Shown here one piece after another: positions 23,461-35,247 of a stretch of 36,110 nucleotides of DNA (positions within the stretch are counted from its first letter, which is position 1; each line of letters starts with the position of its first letter). The notes below the pieces were generated by a model, which saw only the letters and a program-made list of their open reading frames with translations, did no database searches and was not told where the DNA came from. A program made the translations under genes and the position numbers. Location of the stretch: contig MU054145.1 in the NCBI GenBank assembly GCA_013239625.1, positions 1 to 36,110 on the forward strand, read 5' to 3'. Origin of the DNA: Lama guanicoe (taxonomy: Eukaryota).

Positions 23461-23517
23461 TTTCCTTTTAAGCTAAAATTCTCTGGCAGTTAGTGAGTTT
23501 TCTGTTTGTATCATTAG

Positions 23518-23569
23518 ACTGCATCCCAGACTAATAGAGAATGTACAAAGCCTGAGAAGCCTCTCCAGG
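23518..23569 (+). pseudogene. Exon (52 nt, phase 2/0; LHPRLIENVQSLRSLSR)
   Basis: ttttctgtttgtatcattag acceptor and AGG|gtaatt donor. Open and phase-compatible. Confidence 0.55.
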
Positions 23570-23943
23570 GTAATTATGTTCTAGTCTTTTTCCTTCTCCT
23601 CCAGCAACAGCAGCAACAAAAACATGCTTTACCGTGGGCTTTATGCTTTATGCATTTATTTCATATACCATTTACTGTTACTTTGTGTCCTTAGCTTTGC
23701 AGTCATTGTTAAAAGTTGTTTTCACCTATTAATGCAAGACAGGAAACCCACAGCTGCAAACGTAGCTTTACTACTACGAGAGAGTAATAGATTACCATGA
23801 TTGCAGTGTTTTGGGACTTTAAGTCATAGGTATGTTTAAGACTAGTTATTAGCACGTTTGAGAACTTTTCCAAAATTGTAACTCTTTATTAAAACAGTCA
23901 CAGAAAGGATTTTAATCAGACAGCAAGTTTTTTTTTTTCTCAG

Positions 23944-23991
23944 AGCACCTTTACAAAGACAGAATTCAGCATTGAAAATGAACTCTCCTGA
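23944..23991 (+). pseudogene. Candidate terminal coding segment (STFTKTEFSIENELS*)
   Basis: T12-ctcag acceptor, phase 0, TGA at 23989-23991. AATAAA hexamers lie downstream at 24466 and 24722. Confidence 0.45.
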
Positions 23992-25652
23992 GATCTTGCA
24001 TCCTAACCTCTCAGAACATGCTTCTCTCTGTGTTCCCCAGTGCAAAAATATGTTAATCCCAACGTGGGGAACTTTTAGAAGTTTCCTTCTCCCCTTATCT
24101 ATGAAAAGTTTTTCAACATCAGTCTTTTAAAGACAGCTCCTTCCATTCTCCATGTTTACTGCCTGTCACCCAGAAGTGATTTTAATGGTTGGAATTTAAG
24201 TTCCTAGAAGGAAATAATGGCTGGTGGGAAAGCTATCTTTGGACAGATGTCAACACCTATTTATATATAATGTTTAGTGCATCTACTGTAAATTGGGTCT
24301 TGCTTTGGCTTAAGAACTGTCTAAAACTTTGACTCTAGTTTATATATAAGTAGATCAGAGTTATCAGTGGTCCTGAGTGGAAAATCTAATCATGGAAAGA
24401 GTCATTACAGGGAGTAATTCTAAGAAACTGAGACTAGAGTCATAAAATAATTAATTATCCCTATGAATAAAACTTCCTACCGTAAGATTAGGCTAGTTCA
24501 CTAGTTTGGCATTTAACAGGAAAAAAATACAACATCCATTCCTCAAGTTTACAGAATGTAATTTGCCTTACTGCTGGTCTCGTCATATATAGGCATGGAA
24601 ATATGTTAATATTCTATTTAGAAATTGACATATTACCTTAAGGAGGTCTAAATGTATTAAAATGTATTCACTAAACAACCCACTGGAATTAAAGAGCTTA
24701 CAAAATAGGCTATTTCTTTAAAATAAAATTCCTATATGTGTAATTTCTAGATTGGTAATAGAGCAGAATACAGAATAAACTGTATTTCCTTGTGTAGAAT
24801 ATACAGTACACTTTGTCACCTAAAGTTTATTGCTGACTTACTGTATTTGATACTCTAATTAGATTCAGATAAACAGTAAACCTCTAAATGGAACTCTTTG
24901 GTGAATTTATGCAAGAAGCAGAATAATATGTACAACTTTCTGTGTGAGAATATTTACTTTAATATATCTACATCTGCATGTGTATGTACATCTGTCATCT
25001 ATCTATGTTACAAGCACTAAGTATGGACCAGACACTATATTAACTGCTTTATTTGAAGTATTTCATTTAGTTCTTGCAAAGATTATTTGAGTGGGAATTT
25101 GAACCCAGATCTGACTTCAAAGCCCAGGCAGTTTATCATTATGTTTTTAGGTGCAATCATTTTTCAACCCTATAAGCAGATGAGGGCTGTATTTTTTTAT
25201 TGTAGCTTGAGCTCTGGGAAAGTATCTGAGACATGTTGCAAAGAGAACTCTTCCAGTTTGGCTTTGGGAAACAAATGCAGAAAAATGGTTCTCTTTATGA
25301 AGGATATAAGTGAATTAGGAATGCATATGATATTATGCTATCAGCCCCATTCTACTTTTGATTGCATTTTACATTCATCTCAGCCTACATGGAATATGGA
25401 TAAAATCACAGGTTCCAATTTCCCACACTGACCTCAAGAAGCAATTTTGGAGTATGCTTTAGTTTGCTTACTTTACCACTTCTTAAAGCATCTCTAAAAG
25501 TGAACAGATCTATTTATTTCTAGACCTCTTCATGTGGAGAAACATGGGGGATCTTAAAAATATAAGTCTCTAGTAAATTATTGTCAAAGAAAAAAGTGTG
25601 GTTCATAAATAACCCAAACAAATAATAAGGCATTAATTTACTTTAATTTCTT

Positions 25653-25786
25653 TTAAAAAAAATTTGGGGGGGGGTAATTAGATTTGTTTGTTTATTTATT
25701 TATTTTGAACAGAGGTACTGGGGATTGAACCCAGGACCTCATGCATGCTAGGCACACACTCTACCACTGAACTATACCTTCCCCCC
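25653..25786 (-). mobile_element. tRNA-derived camelid SINE (Vic-1-like) with 14 bp TSD
   Basis: Reverse complement of the 9335 element. TSD tactttaatttctt (25639-25652) / tgctttaatttctt (25787-25800). Confidence 0.92.
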
Positions 25787-25825
25787 TGCTTTAATTTCTT
25801 AACATCATGATTATTAATATCATTG

Positions 25826-25995
25826 CAGGGACTAGGGAGAGATGGGTGAGGCACTCACCTCAGGCTTGAAACTTAAGGGATTTCCAAAAAGCTCAGAAAT
25901 CAAGATAAAGAATATTTTAATGCAATATTATGAAAGATCAAAATTAATACAAAAATTCCATGATGAATAGAAGATCAAAATTTAAATAAAATTTT
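25826..25995. mobile_element. MER96B-like hAT fragment
   Basis: gggactaggg...gtgaggcactcacctc...aatcaagataaagaatattttaatgcaatatt...aaattccatgatgaa. Confidence 0.65.
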
Positions 25996-26159
25996 CAGTA
26001 GAATTTATTGTGCCAAAAAGGCCCTCAGAAAGGAGTTCTTCTGAGTCAGCCCTTTGCTTCCACATCAGAGTATTGTATTTGGTTCAGTGTTTTCCTAATC
26101 ATCCTAGTACAAAGAGTGACAATTTTTATTCTCTGCAAAACAAGGCAATATTGCATACT

Positions 26160-26506
26160 TGCCTTAGTCCATTCAGGCTGCTATTACAGAATAGCATACA
26201 CTAGGTGGCTTATAAACAACATACATTTATTTCTCACAATTCCGGAGGCTGGGAAGTCCAAGTACCAGGAGATTCCGTGTATGATGAGAGCTCACTTCCT
26301 GATTCATGGCCCCTTATCACTGTGTCCTCATGTGATCGAAGGGAAACTGTGTTAAGTTTCTTTTATAAAAGCACTAATCCCATTCATAAGGGTTCCACCC
26401 TCAGGATCCAAACATCTCCCAAAAACCCCATCTTCTAATACCAACACATTGGCATTAGGTTTCAACATATGAATTTTGGGGAGAAACAAATATTCGGTCT
26501 ATAGCA
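26160..26506 (-). mobile_element. MLT1A-like solo LTR with perfect 5 bp TSD
   Basis: TG...CA termini and tttatttctcaca...ggaggctgggaagtccaag. TSD atact at 26155-26159 and 26507-26511. Confidence 0.9.
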
Positions 26507-26710
26507 ATACTGTTTTTGAAATAGAGAAAAGAGTTGTGTGCAATATAGCCACCTTTGTACAACCATCATTTTGTGGGTTTCATGCTAAACTTTTTCCACA
26601 TGTACTTGTTTATATTTCTTTAATTATGGTCATTTATACCATTATTACAAGCACAACTATATCTTTAAAAATACAGCTTGAATCAAATAAAAGTTACCTT
26701 TAATGCTTTT

Positions 26711-27355
26711 TTCTTCTAGTTTTATTGAGATATAATTGATATACAGCACTGTATTAAGTTTAAGGTGTACAGAATAATGATTTGAATTACATCATGAAAT
26801 GATAACTTTATCTCATATAAATACAAAATAAAAGAAAAAGAAAAAAAATTCCTTGTGAGATTAACTGTTAGAATATACTCTCTTAACTTTCATATGTAAC
26901 ATACCAGTGTTAATTATATTTATCAGGTTGTACGTTACATCCCTAGTACTTATTTATTTTATAACTGGAAGTTTGTACTTTTTGACTATCTTCATCCAAT
27001 TCCATCTCCTTCCACATGCTCGCCTCTGATTGCTTTTTCTATGAGCTTGTTTATTTCTGAATCATAATTGACCTACACACTGAGTTCCTGGAACACAGCG
27101 TAGTGATTTGATATTTCTATATATTTCAAAATGGTCACCATAATAACTCTAGTTACTACCTGTCACCATACATGATATTACATTATTATTGACTATATTC
27201 CTTATATAGTACATTTCATTTCTGTGACTCATTTATTTTGTAACTGGAAGTCTATACTTCTTAATCTCCCTTACCTATTTGTCTCCTCTCCCTCCCCCCT
27301 CCCCTCTTACAGCCACCTGTTTGTTCTCTGTATCAATGACTCTGTTTCTGTTTTG
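26711..27355 (-). mobile_element. 5'-truncated L1 (L1MA-type 3' end) with perfect 16 bp TSD
   Basis: ttttattgagatataattgatatac...ataactggaagtttgtac. TSD tacctttaatgctttt at 26695-26710 and 27356-27371. Confidence 0.9.
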
Positions 27356-27465
27356 TACCTTTAATGCTTTTGATATTTTTAAAAACTCTTATTTATCTAC
27401 TAGTAATATATATGTTTATAAAAGCTTCTCATTTTTGAATGCTATTACTTCCTAGGAACTGTGTT

Positions 27466-27530
27466 CAGGGTCAGCTACATAATTCAGAGCCTGGTGCACA
27501 ATGTAAATGTGGAGTCCCTTATTCAAAAAG
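27466..27530. mobile_element. MER45-like hAT-Tip100 terminal fragment
   Basis: cagggtcagctacataatt...gtgcacaatgtaaatgtggagtcccttattcaaaa. Confidence 0.45.
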
Positions 27531-27564
27531 CAGAAAAAAATGCCGTGTCTTTTATCTGAGGTCT

Positions 27565-28250
27565 CTTGCTGCCAAACTGTTTTTCACAGCAGCTACACCA
27601 TTTTATATTCTTACCAGCCAGATGTGAGTTCCAGTTTCTCCCCATCTTTGCCAATGCTCTTTCCATTCTGGTATGTGTGAAGGAGTATCTCTTTGTGGCT
27701 TTGATTGATGTTTCCCTAAAGAATAATGGTATTGAGTATTCTTTCATGTGCTTATTGATCATTTGTAAGTTTTCTTTGGATAAATATCTATTCAAATCCT
27801 TTGCCCATTTATTTAGTTGGTTCTTTATATGTTCTGGACACAGGCCTCTTATCAGATGTATGATATATAAATATTTTCTCCCATTCCATAGGTTCTCTTT
27901 TCACTTTCTTGGTACTGTCCTTTAAAACACAAAGGTTTTTGATTTTGAGGGAATAATTTATTTAAAAAAGTTTTTCTTTTGTTGATTATGCTTTTTTTCC
28001 CCAGATGACCAATCATTTTAATGAAACTAGTAACAAAATTCAGTTGTGCTTTTAGTGTTGTACCTAACAAGACTTCATTTAACCCAAGGGCACAAAGATT
28101 TACAGCTATATTTCTCCTAAGATCTTTTATAGTTTTAGCTCTTACATTCAGGGTTATGTTCCATTTTAAGCTAACTTTTTTATATGGTAAAAGGAAGGGG
28201 GCCAACTGCAGTCTTTCACGTGTGACTATTCAGTTGTTTCTGCTTGATCA
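27565..28250 (-). mobile_element. L1M ORF2 3' fragment
   Basis: Minus-strand ORFs read as degenerate L1 ORF2 (NRYLSKENLQMINKHMK; LNVRAKTIKDL). Confidence 0.85.
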
Positions 28251-29548
28251 TTTTTTTAAGCTTGATTTTGTAAATGTTGCTGTTATATCCAAGATATTTC
28301 AGTAAGGCATTTAAAAAAACTTTACCACAATATTCTGCTTGAATGTAGAAGTGCTAACAGATGCTAAACCGGCCTCAAACTCATTTCCTCCCTCCAGTAT
28401 TTGAGTTATAGATTGATAAACAGATTTAAAGCCATGGCCAAAATGAGGTTGGCGGGGCAGAGGAAAGCAGCAAAAAATAGCTGAGCACAGCCATAGAAGC
28501 TTGGAAATGTAAAGTTAAATATCATAAGTTCTACATTCTTTAATTCAGCCTTCATTAAAAATTGAAACTAAAGTCAGAGTTTTAATAACAGAAGTCAGTG
28601 CAAGATCTAGAGATGTTGAGAATACTAGAAAACCTTTATCAGTCACATATTTTACAGATTTGAAGAATGAAAACATAAACCAGTGTGGATGTGAAAGTCC
28701 TCTCATCATATTTATACCTGTTCTTTATTTTATAAAACTGATTACTTTGCTTAACAATGAATCTCTCTAGATTCTTCTCTAACTTCATTTTTGCCTGTCA
28801 AGTGTGTGTAGACTGATATTTGATTGTAACTTTATTTGTATGCCCGGCCCTCTATGGTAGTGAATGTGAATCTTATTACATGTTTCTTGTCCATTTATAT
28901 TTCCTCTTTTGTGAGTTTCTTATCAATATAGGAAGCTTCTTAATGACTTACCACCAGTATGGACGATTACAAAAATTCTCCCAGAATCTAGTGTAGCTTT
29001 ACTTTTCATTATTCCTTGAAATCACTGCCAAGGATTCTTTCTTTTCTGATGGTTTCATGGGTATTATTTTTAAAGAATAAAGATTATATTGATTTTGTAG
29101 AAATGATATATTCACATCATAAAAAATTCAAAAAAAAATACAGAAAAGTACAAAGAAGTAACCCAAACTCACTCTAAATCCTACCACCTTGAAATATCCA
29201 TTATTAACATTTGGATACCAGAAGTGTTTCATGAATATTTTAAAACAAATTACTGATAGAAGTTTCCTGCTGCTTCAACTCACTACCTTCTTCAGTGAAG
29301 TCATCAAAAAATTGTCAATTTGATGGTACAGAATGGACATAGGCTAATCCAAAGATTAGTATGGCTTCTTTACAGTTTTAAAATAATATTTGTAATTTGT
29401 CTAATTAACAGCACACATCTAGGTAAAAAGTAAGCAGTCAGACATTTACAGCAACTTGGTGTCATGTAAGCAAAATATCTGAATGGGTATTTGCACTTGA
29501 CTGTGTAGAACAGCCAGATAAATGCACTTGTAGAAAGATAGCATTCTT

Positions 29549-29682
29549 TTTGTTTGTTTGTTTGTTTGTAGGGGGAGGTAATCAGGTTTACTTATTTATT
29601 TTTTTGTTGGAGGTACTAGGAATTGAGCCCAGGACCTTGTGCTTGCTAGGTAGGCACTGTACCGCTGAGCTATCCCTCCCCC
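29549..29682 (-). mobile_element. tRNA-derived camelid SINE (Vic-1-like) with 8 bp TSD
   Basis: Same structure as the other two copies with a (tttg)n tail. TSD gcattctt at 29541-29548 and 29684-29691. Confidence 0.9.
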
Positions 29683-30399
29683 TGCATTCTTGAATATAGA
29701 ATGTGTTTTTCTTTATTTCTATATGATCAAACTAATTACTTATCCCAGTGATAATTCAGTTTTAAAATGTATTCAAAGAGGGGCCTGTTGACTTCTAACA
29801 AGAAAATAATGTACTACAAATCATATTTTGTCCTATTGTATACTCTTCGCTGGTTTGTAAAATTGTACATACAATCTCTCACGGAGGCACTGTTCAGTCT
29901 TAAAGTAGTTCCACACATCAAATGAATTTTCTGGAAACCACTTGGTTATATTGTTCTCACTCCCAAGCAAAATAATTTATTATTAATAAAGCTGTGACTC
30001 AGCTTTTAAATGAATATATATTCAAAATCATATATATATGATTCTTATTGATTTCATGCTTAGGAACAAAAAGAATCATGATAATGGAAAAGTCCTTAAA
30101 TATCCCTTACTGACGTTCAGATACTTTACACATAATGTCTTTCATCAATTTCAAGCTCAAAGTACCCCTAGGAAAATGGAGCATTTGGTTAGTGAAGACT
30201 ATGCTTACTTACAAATGTTATGCCTTTTATAGGTATAAAAGGGAGAACAAAAGACTCCTTTGTAGTCTCCTTACTGGCCTGGTTTCCTTTGAATGTTCTA
30301 GGTCTTGAAACTGGTAAAAATTATATTAAAGCAAGCTCAAATTACAAGTAGGAAAAGTTTCCTGTCACAGGAAAAATAGCAATCTCAAGCAATTTCTAC

Positions 30400-30525
30400 T
30401 ATTGTGTATTTAATAATAGTATCTACTTCATAGGATTGTGAGCATCAATTGAGATAATCCATATATAGCCTTTAGAATAGAACTCAGCACATAGTAAGAA
30501 CTCCACAAACATTGGCTATAATTAG
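30400..30525 (+). mobile_element. MIR 3' fragment
   Basis: ataatagtatctacttcataggattgtgag...agcacatagtaag. Confidence 0.7.
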
Positions 30526-30709
30526 CCATCACTATAGAAATAAATTGGTCATTTCCTTTTGCAAAGTATTGGTTCTAACTAGGGAGGGACTTTTTGACTA
30601 CTGGAGTAGGGGATAAAGTTCAATTTTGTATGCACACTCTTATTTTATAGTTGTCAACTAAATGGTTCACACAGTGCCTTTGTTGATTCTAAAGGTTATC
30701 TCTTTTTAG

Positions 30710-30851
30710 GATCCCAATTTCACTTCCTGCCAGATTTTATGGTACCGACACAGAAGTGTACACAAGACTCTACTAAAGAATAGCAAGGAAAGGCCTTCAG
30801 TACAGGCAGGATAACTCAATGTCTTCTCATGAAATGCCTTCTTCTCAAAAG
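30710..30851 (+). pseudogene. Exon (142 nt, phase 2/0; IPISLPARFYGTDTEVYTRLY*RIARKGLQYRQDNSMSSHEMPSSQK)
   Basis: ttatctctttttag acceptor and AAG|gtaaaa donor. One TAA at 30774-30776. Confidence 0.55.
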
Positions 30852-32559
30852 GTAAAAAGCCAGACCCACTGTCTTCCCTGAAACATTTCACTCATTCCCA
30901 TTTTCCTATCTTTTTTAATGTCGTTTGCCTCATCTGGAGTGGTCATACCTCTTCTTCTCATCCATCCACATTCAACCCAACTTTCTTTTTTCCCTTAATG
31001 GCTCAAATAAAATCGAAGTTTATTTTTTTTTTCTCTAAAAACATATTTCTGATTATTGGGCATTCCTCCTTCTACTGGTGATTCAGACTCAAGTTTCTGC
31101 CAGTTTGTGGCTCCACTGTCTGCCATCTTCAGAGTTTGACTTCCAAGATTTTCATCTGCATCAAGCCATGAAAGAGCTATTATTAAGAGGCAGAAGTGAG
31201 ACTCAACCATAAATTCCTGTTAACCAGAGATAGAGTAAAACCTCTAATAAATAACTCTCATGTTTTTAAAGTGATATTCATAGCACATACAAAAGTACAA
31301 AAACTTTAATCAAACAGAGCTGGTTTTTAATCTGGACTCTGCCCTGTGCTGACTGTGTGACTTCACCACATCTATTTCTTCATCTCATTCATTTCACTTT
31401 AATTGTTTTAGGCCGGCTTCACCAATCAAATTATAAGTTCCTTAAAGGCAAGGAGCATATCTTCTAATTGCTTTGTACCTTCCACATAGCCTAGCCCAAG
31501 GTAGATTTTCAATATCTATTGATTAAACTGTGTGAGCTTGGACATTCTCATTCCTTAATAATAATTTTCGCTTTATAGTATTGCATAGAGCTGTCATAAG
31601 GTAGAAAAATACATATATGCCTGTATATAGATAAGACTACCATGAGCTAAGCTAATTTGGAAATAGAAAGTTACATGTTGCCACATTTGTTTTAAGGATA
31701 TTCTCCTGCTTGTGTTTTGTCTGGAAGGTAGTTTTCCTGAGTGATGAGGGCACCATGAATTACTTCGACCTCTGATATAATCTGAAAATTAGGCTCAACA
31801 ATTTAAGGTCTTGTAAACACTTCTTAAAAGCTTGGTTTCATATTTTCTTGAATGATGGGTTACCACAGTAAAACTACTGCTAAAGAAACTATATCATGAA
31901 ATTTTAATATCTCGTTCAATAGTTTGGTAGCTTTGGGCTATTGACATTCTAAGAACTACACTCATGTCCATTAAGAAAGTGATGAAATTTGAAACTGCTT
32001 TTTCCTTTTCACAACATGTAGCAATTTAAATCTGATATATCAGACTTGTAATAAACCACACTCACTTTCATCATTTTCTTCCTCTGTATAACTAAACTTT
32101 TCAGAAATAATTTTTAAAATTTCTGTCATCTTTGTTTCTAATAAAAAAAATACACTATCCATTTGTTTTAAGAGTTGTACAAAGACCTCCACTCTATTGA
32201 AGAATAAAACTTTCACACAGTGGAGTTACATATACTTTCAATTTTCTTCCAGATGTTTGCTTTAGCTATTATTTAATACATTATTCAAGAATCAAAGCAC
32301 TGGATAGGCTGCTTTATGTGAACCATTAAGCTATACATTAAATATTTATTAGAGGAAAAATAAATCAGGAGATACTGTCATTTTTCTAGAATTACAGTTT
32401 AATACAAACTCAATTTAGTCCACAATCATAAAAACTATTAGAAATTCAATTGCCTTATGTGCATATAGAAAATATTCTCTCGAGTATGACTTTTAAAGGG
32501 AGGAACATTTTCTCTTTTATGTGAGTTAAGATCTCAGAATGTTCAGGGTCAAACCTTTG

Positions 32560-32720
32560 TGAACTTTTAGTTAAGCACAGTAATATCATTTTTGATATTG
32601 GAAACTGAGACTCCAAATGATAAAATGACGCATCCAAGATTACACAGCTTCATAGTTGTAAAGCTGAGACTAGAATCTGTGTGTTTTAATTCCTTTTCTT
32701 GTGCTCCTTCTACTACATAA
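32560..32720 (-). mobile_element. MIR fragment
   Basis: ggaaactgagactc...ccaagattacacagct...agctgagactagaatct. Confidence 0.65.
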
Positions 32721-33419
32721 TATAGAAAAATTAAATTGAAGTGAATTAAAGCCCTTATCATTATAACTTCCCCAATAGTCCCATTTTTGCTCTTTGGAGC
32801 AAGACAGAGTTAAATGTTTCTTCTTCCACATACAATTGCTCATACAGCTAAAAATTGATGGTATGTTTCTTCTCCCTGTATTTAATCTGACTACCTCATC
32901 TCCTTGGTTAGTTTCTTCTGGACAGTCTCTAATTTGTCAAAATCTCTCCCAAACTGAACACACATAAACATAGATGTGGTATGGATCTGAACCTTCTTAA
33001 TTTCCTCTCATGCTGAGATTTTCTTCATTCTACAATAAGATTTTAAAATAGGTTTTATTATTATCATCTCCATTTTATGTGTGAGAAGATAGAGATTGAG
33101 AGATGTTAATGCTTAGTTAACTTGCATTTAAGCATGCGTGATCCTTGTATATTGTTCTAGCACAGCCCTAAAACTCCCTAAAAATCAGTTGATCAACTTT
33201 TATTTATTAAGCATGTAATTAGATACTGCTATATCTACAAGGAAGTATACACTGCCTCCCCCACCCCACTGCCTTCAAGGAAGTTACATTCTCAATGAAG
33301 TTGTATAAAACATATAGATACAAAAAGATCCCTTAGAATGGAATATAATATAAATGGCAAAAATTATGATAGTGGTTTAGAGGAAGGAAAAAAACAGGAT
33401 GAAAAAAACCCCTCGCATT

Positions 33420-33640
33420 TTAACATTTATTGTATATTTATCATGTGCCAGATGTTGCGTTGTCTATTTTTTTCATAGAAAATATAAATTCTTACAAAAC
33501 CACAATGATGTAGGCACTGCCCATTTCATTTCAATGTAAGAAAGTTGATTTTGAGACTCAGAGGGAGACTGGAATAAAAAAGGCAAGAGATTGTACAAGG
33601 TGCAAGGTGTATTTGTTAGGTACAGAATTAAATAGTATAA
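33420..33640 (-). mobile_element. MIR fragment
   Basis: taacatttattgt...atgtgccag...gtaggcactgcccattt...tgagactcagag. Confidence 0.55.
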
Positions 33641-34149
33641 CTGGAGGGAGTTCATGTTGGGGAATAGCTGGAGATAAAATTGCAATCCATAGTAAGTTAA
33701 AGAGTTGAATTTCAAATATGTCATTCCGAAAAGATTGGAAACAATTAGTTTCAATGTCTTATGCTCTAATACTTCAGTATGCCTGAGTTTGATAAAGACA
33801 AGAATCTTGCACCCCTGCTCTGGGCAATTTTCAATTTGGGTGGTGAAGGCAACGGGGAAAAGGAAGAGTGTTGAAATGTCCAAAAAGAGACTTGTTTTAC
33901 GTGACCAGCTTGAGTACTGGGGCTCTTTCTCTCTAAGCTCACCTTTCTCTCCAGCTTGTCAAAGTATTTCCCATTTCATCATTATAGAATCATTCTCTTG
34001 CGTTAAAGCATTGTACCTAACATGTTATTCTGAAATTTTACCTTAAAATGCAGTCATTTTGAACATGCACATCATAAATCAGCCATTAGCTTGTTAGTAT
34101 GAATTCTGTTCTTAGATTATCTAACATGTATAGAAATGTCCTCCTATAT

Positions 34150-34346
34150 GAGAGCCACATATAATTTCCTTAAACTTTAATTTTAAATTATTTAAAATTA
34201 AGGAAAATTACAAATTTAGCCCCTCAGTCACACTAGCCCCATTTTAAGTGCTCAATTGGCAAATGTGGCTAGTAGCTACCATACTGGACAGTGCAGACAG
34301 AGGATGTTTACATAACTGGAGAAAAGCTCTATTGAACAGTGCTGTT
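34150..34346. mobile_element. MER3-like hAT-Charlie element
   Basis: cagtcacactagccccattttaagtgctcaat...atgtggctagtagctacc...ctattgaacagtgctg. Confidence 0.75.
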
Positions 34347-34519
34347 CTGTAGTAATGTTTTGGGAGCAACAGAAAGTTGGAAAGGATCAGAGACCTGGGA
34401 TACATCCTGAGAACAACAGATCTGGGTGGGGTTCTGCTGTAAAGGATCCTAAATTCTGGGTTAAAATAAGGTAGTTTAATGTACTGATCATAATTACACT
34501 CTTCTCTGGTCATGATCAC

Positions 34520-34890
34520 ATCCTTAACTATGTCACCATGTAAAACCTGTATCTCCAAAAGGCCATTGTAACTACCATTAAAATTAAGATAACATTCTTT
34601 CACTTCAAAAAGTTATCTTTTTTTCCCTTTACAATCAGTCTTCTCCTTCTTCATCCCCAGCTTCTGACAACCGTTTATCTGATATCTTTCCCTATAGTTT
34701 TGCCTTTTTTTTCAGAATATTGTATAAATGGAATCATGTAGACATAGCTTTTTTTGTCTGGCGTATTTTACCTAGTGTAATATTTTTGAGATTCATCTTT
34801 GCTGCTGCCAAGTAATATTCCATTGTATGAATGCATCACAATTAGTTTATTCATTTACCAGGTGTTCTACATCTGGGTTATTTCTTGTAC
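34520..34890 (-). mobile_element. L1MC/ME 3' fragment
   Basis: ataaatggaatcatgtag...ttttgagattcatc...aatattccattgtatgaat. Confidence 0.75.
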
Positions 34891-35247
34891 CATAGAGTTT
34901 CATCCTTGTCTCTATATTCTTTTCAGTACATATGTTCATTCTTGATTATTATATTAGTACTAATGGTGTTAAATATTTTAACCTTTACAATACTGATTCC
35001 ACAAACTCCATGACCAATCCAGATTGATCTCCTTAGCTACACACACCATATAGGCACTTCAACTCTTGTCCAAAATCGAATTTATCATCTGTTTTATACA
35101 ATCATCTGCCTAAGCTACTCTCACCCTTATCTCAGCCTGCCATCTACCCAGTTACTCAAAGTTGGAACCTGAGATTTAGCATAGATTCCTCATGTCAATT
35201 AATGATGAAACCGTCGATTGAGTGTATCTCTTTTGCATTTGACACAG

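Larger units (their letters stand above)
207..23991 (+). pseudogene. Multi-exon disabled gene, putative RPA1/POT1/MEIOB-like multi-OB-fold ssDNA-binding protein (5' end probably upstream of the window)
   Basis: Chain of AG/GT-bounded exons in repeat-free DNA, mostly with compatible phases: 207-245, 735-769, 3350-3448, 4198-4281, 4677-4751, 5434-5580, 7182-7261, 9065-9279, 10635-10670, 16658-16723, 16848-16998, 18104-18220, 23518-23569, 23944-23991. In-frame stops at 3379, 4679, 16678 and 18165, plus frameshifts. Family assignment is inferred from motif similarity by eye. Confidence 0.6.

Noticed and set aside
27523..28305. Several 90-119 aa ORFs
   Set aside because: Degenerate L1 ORF2 fragments and their antisense frames.
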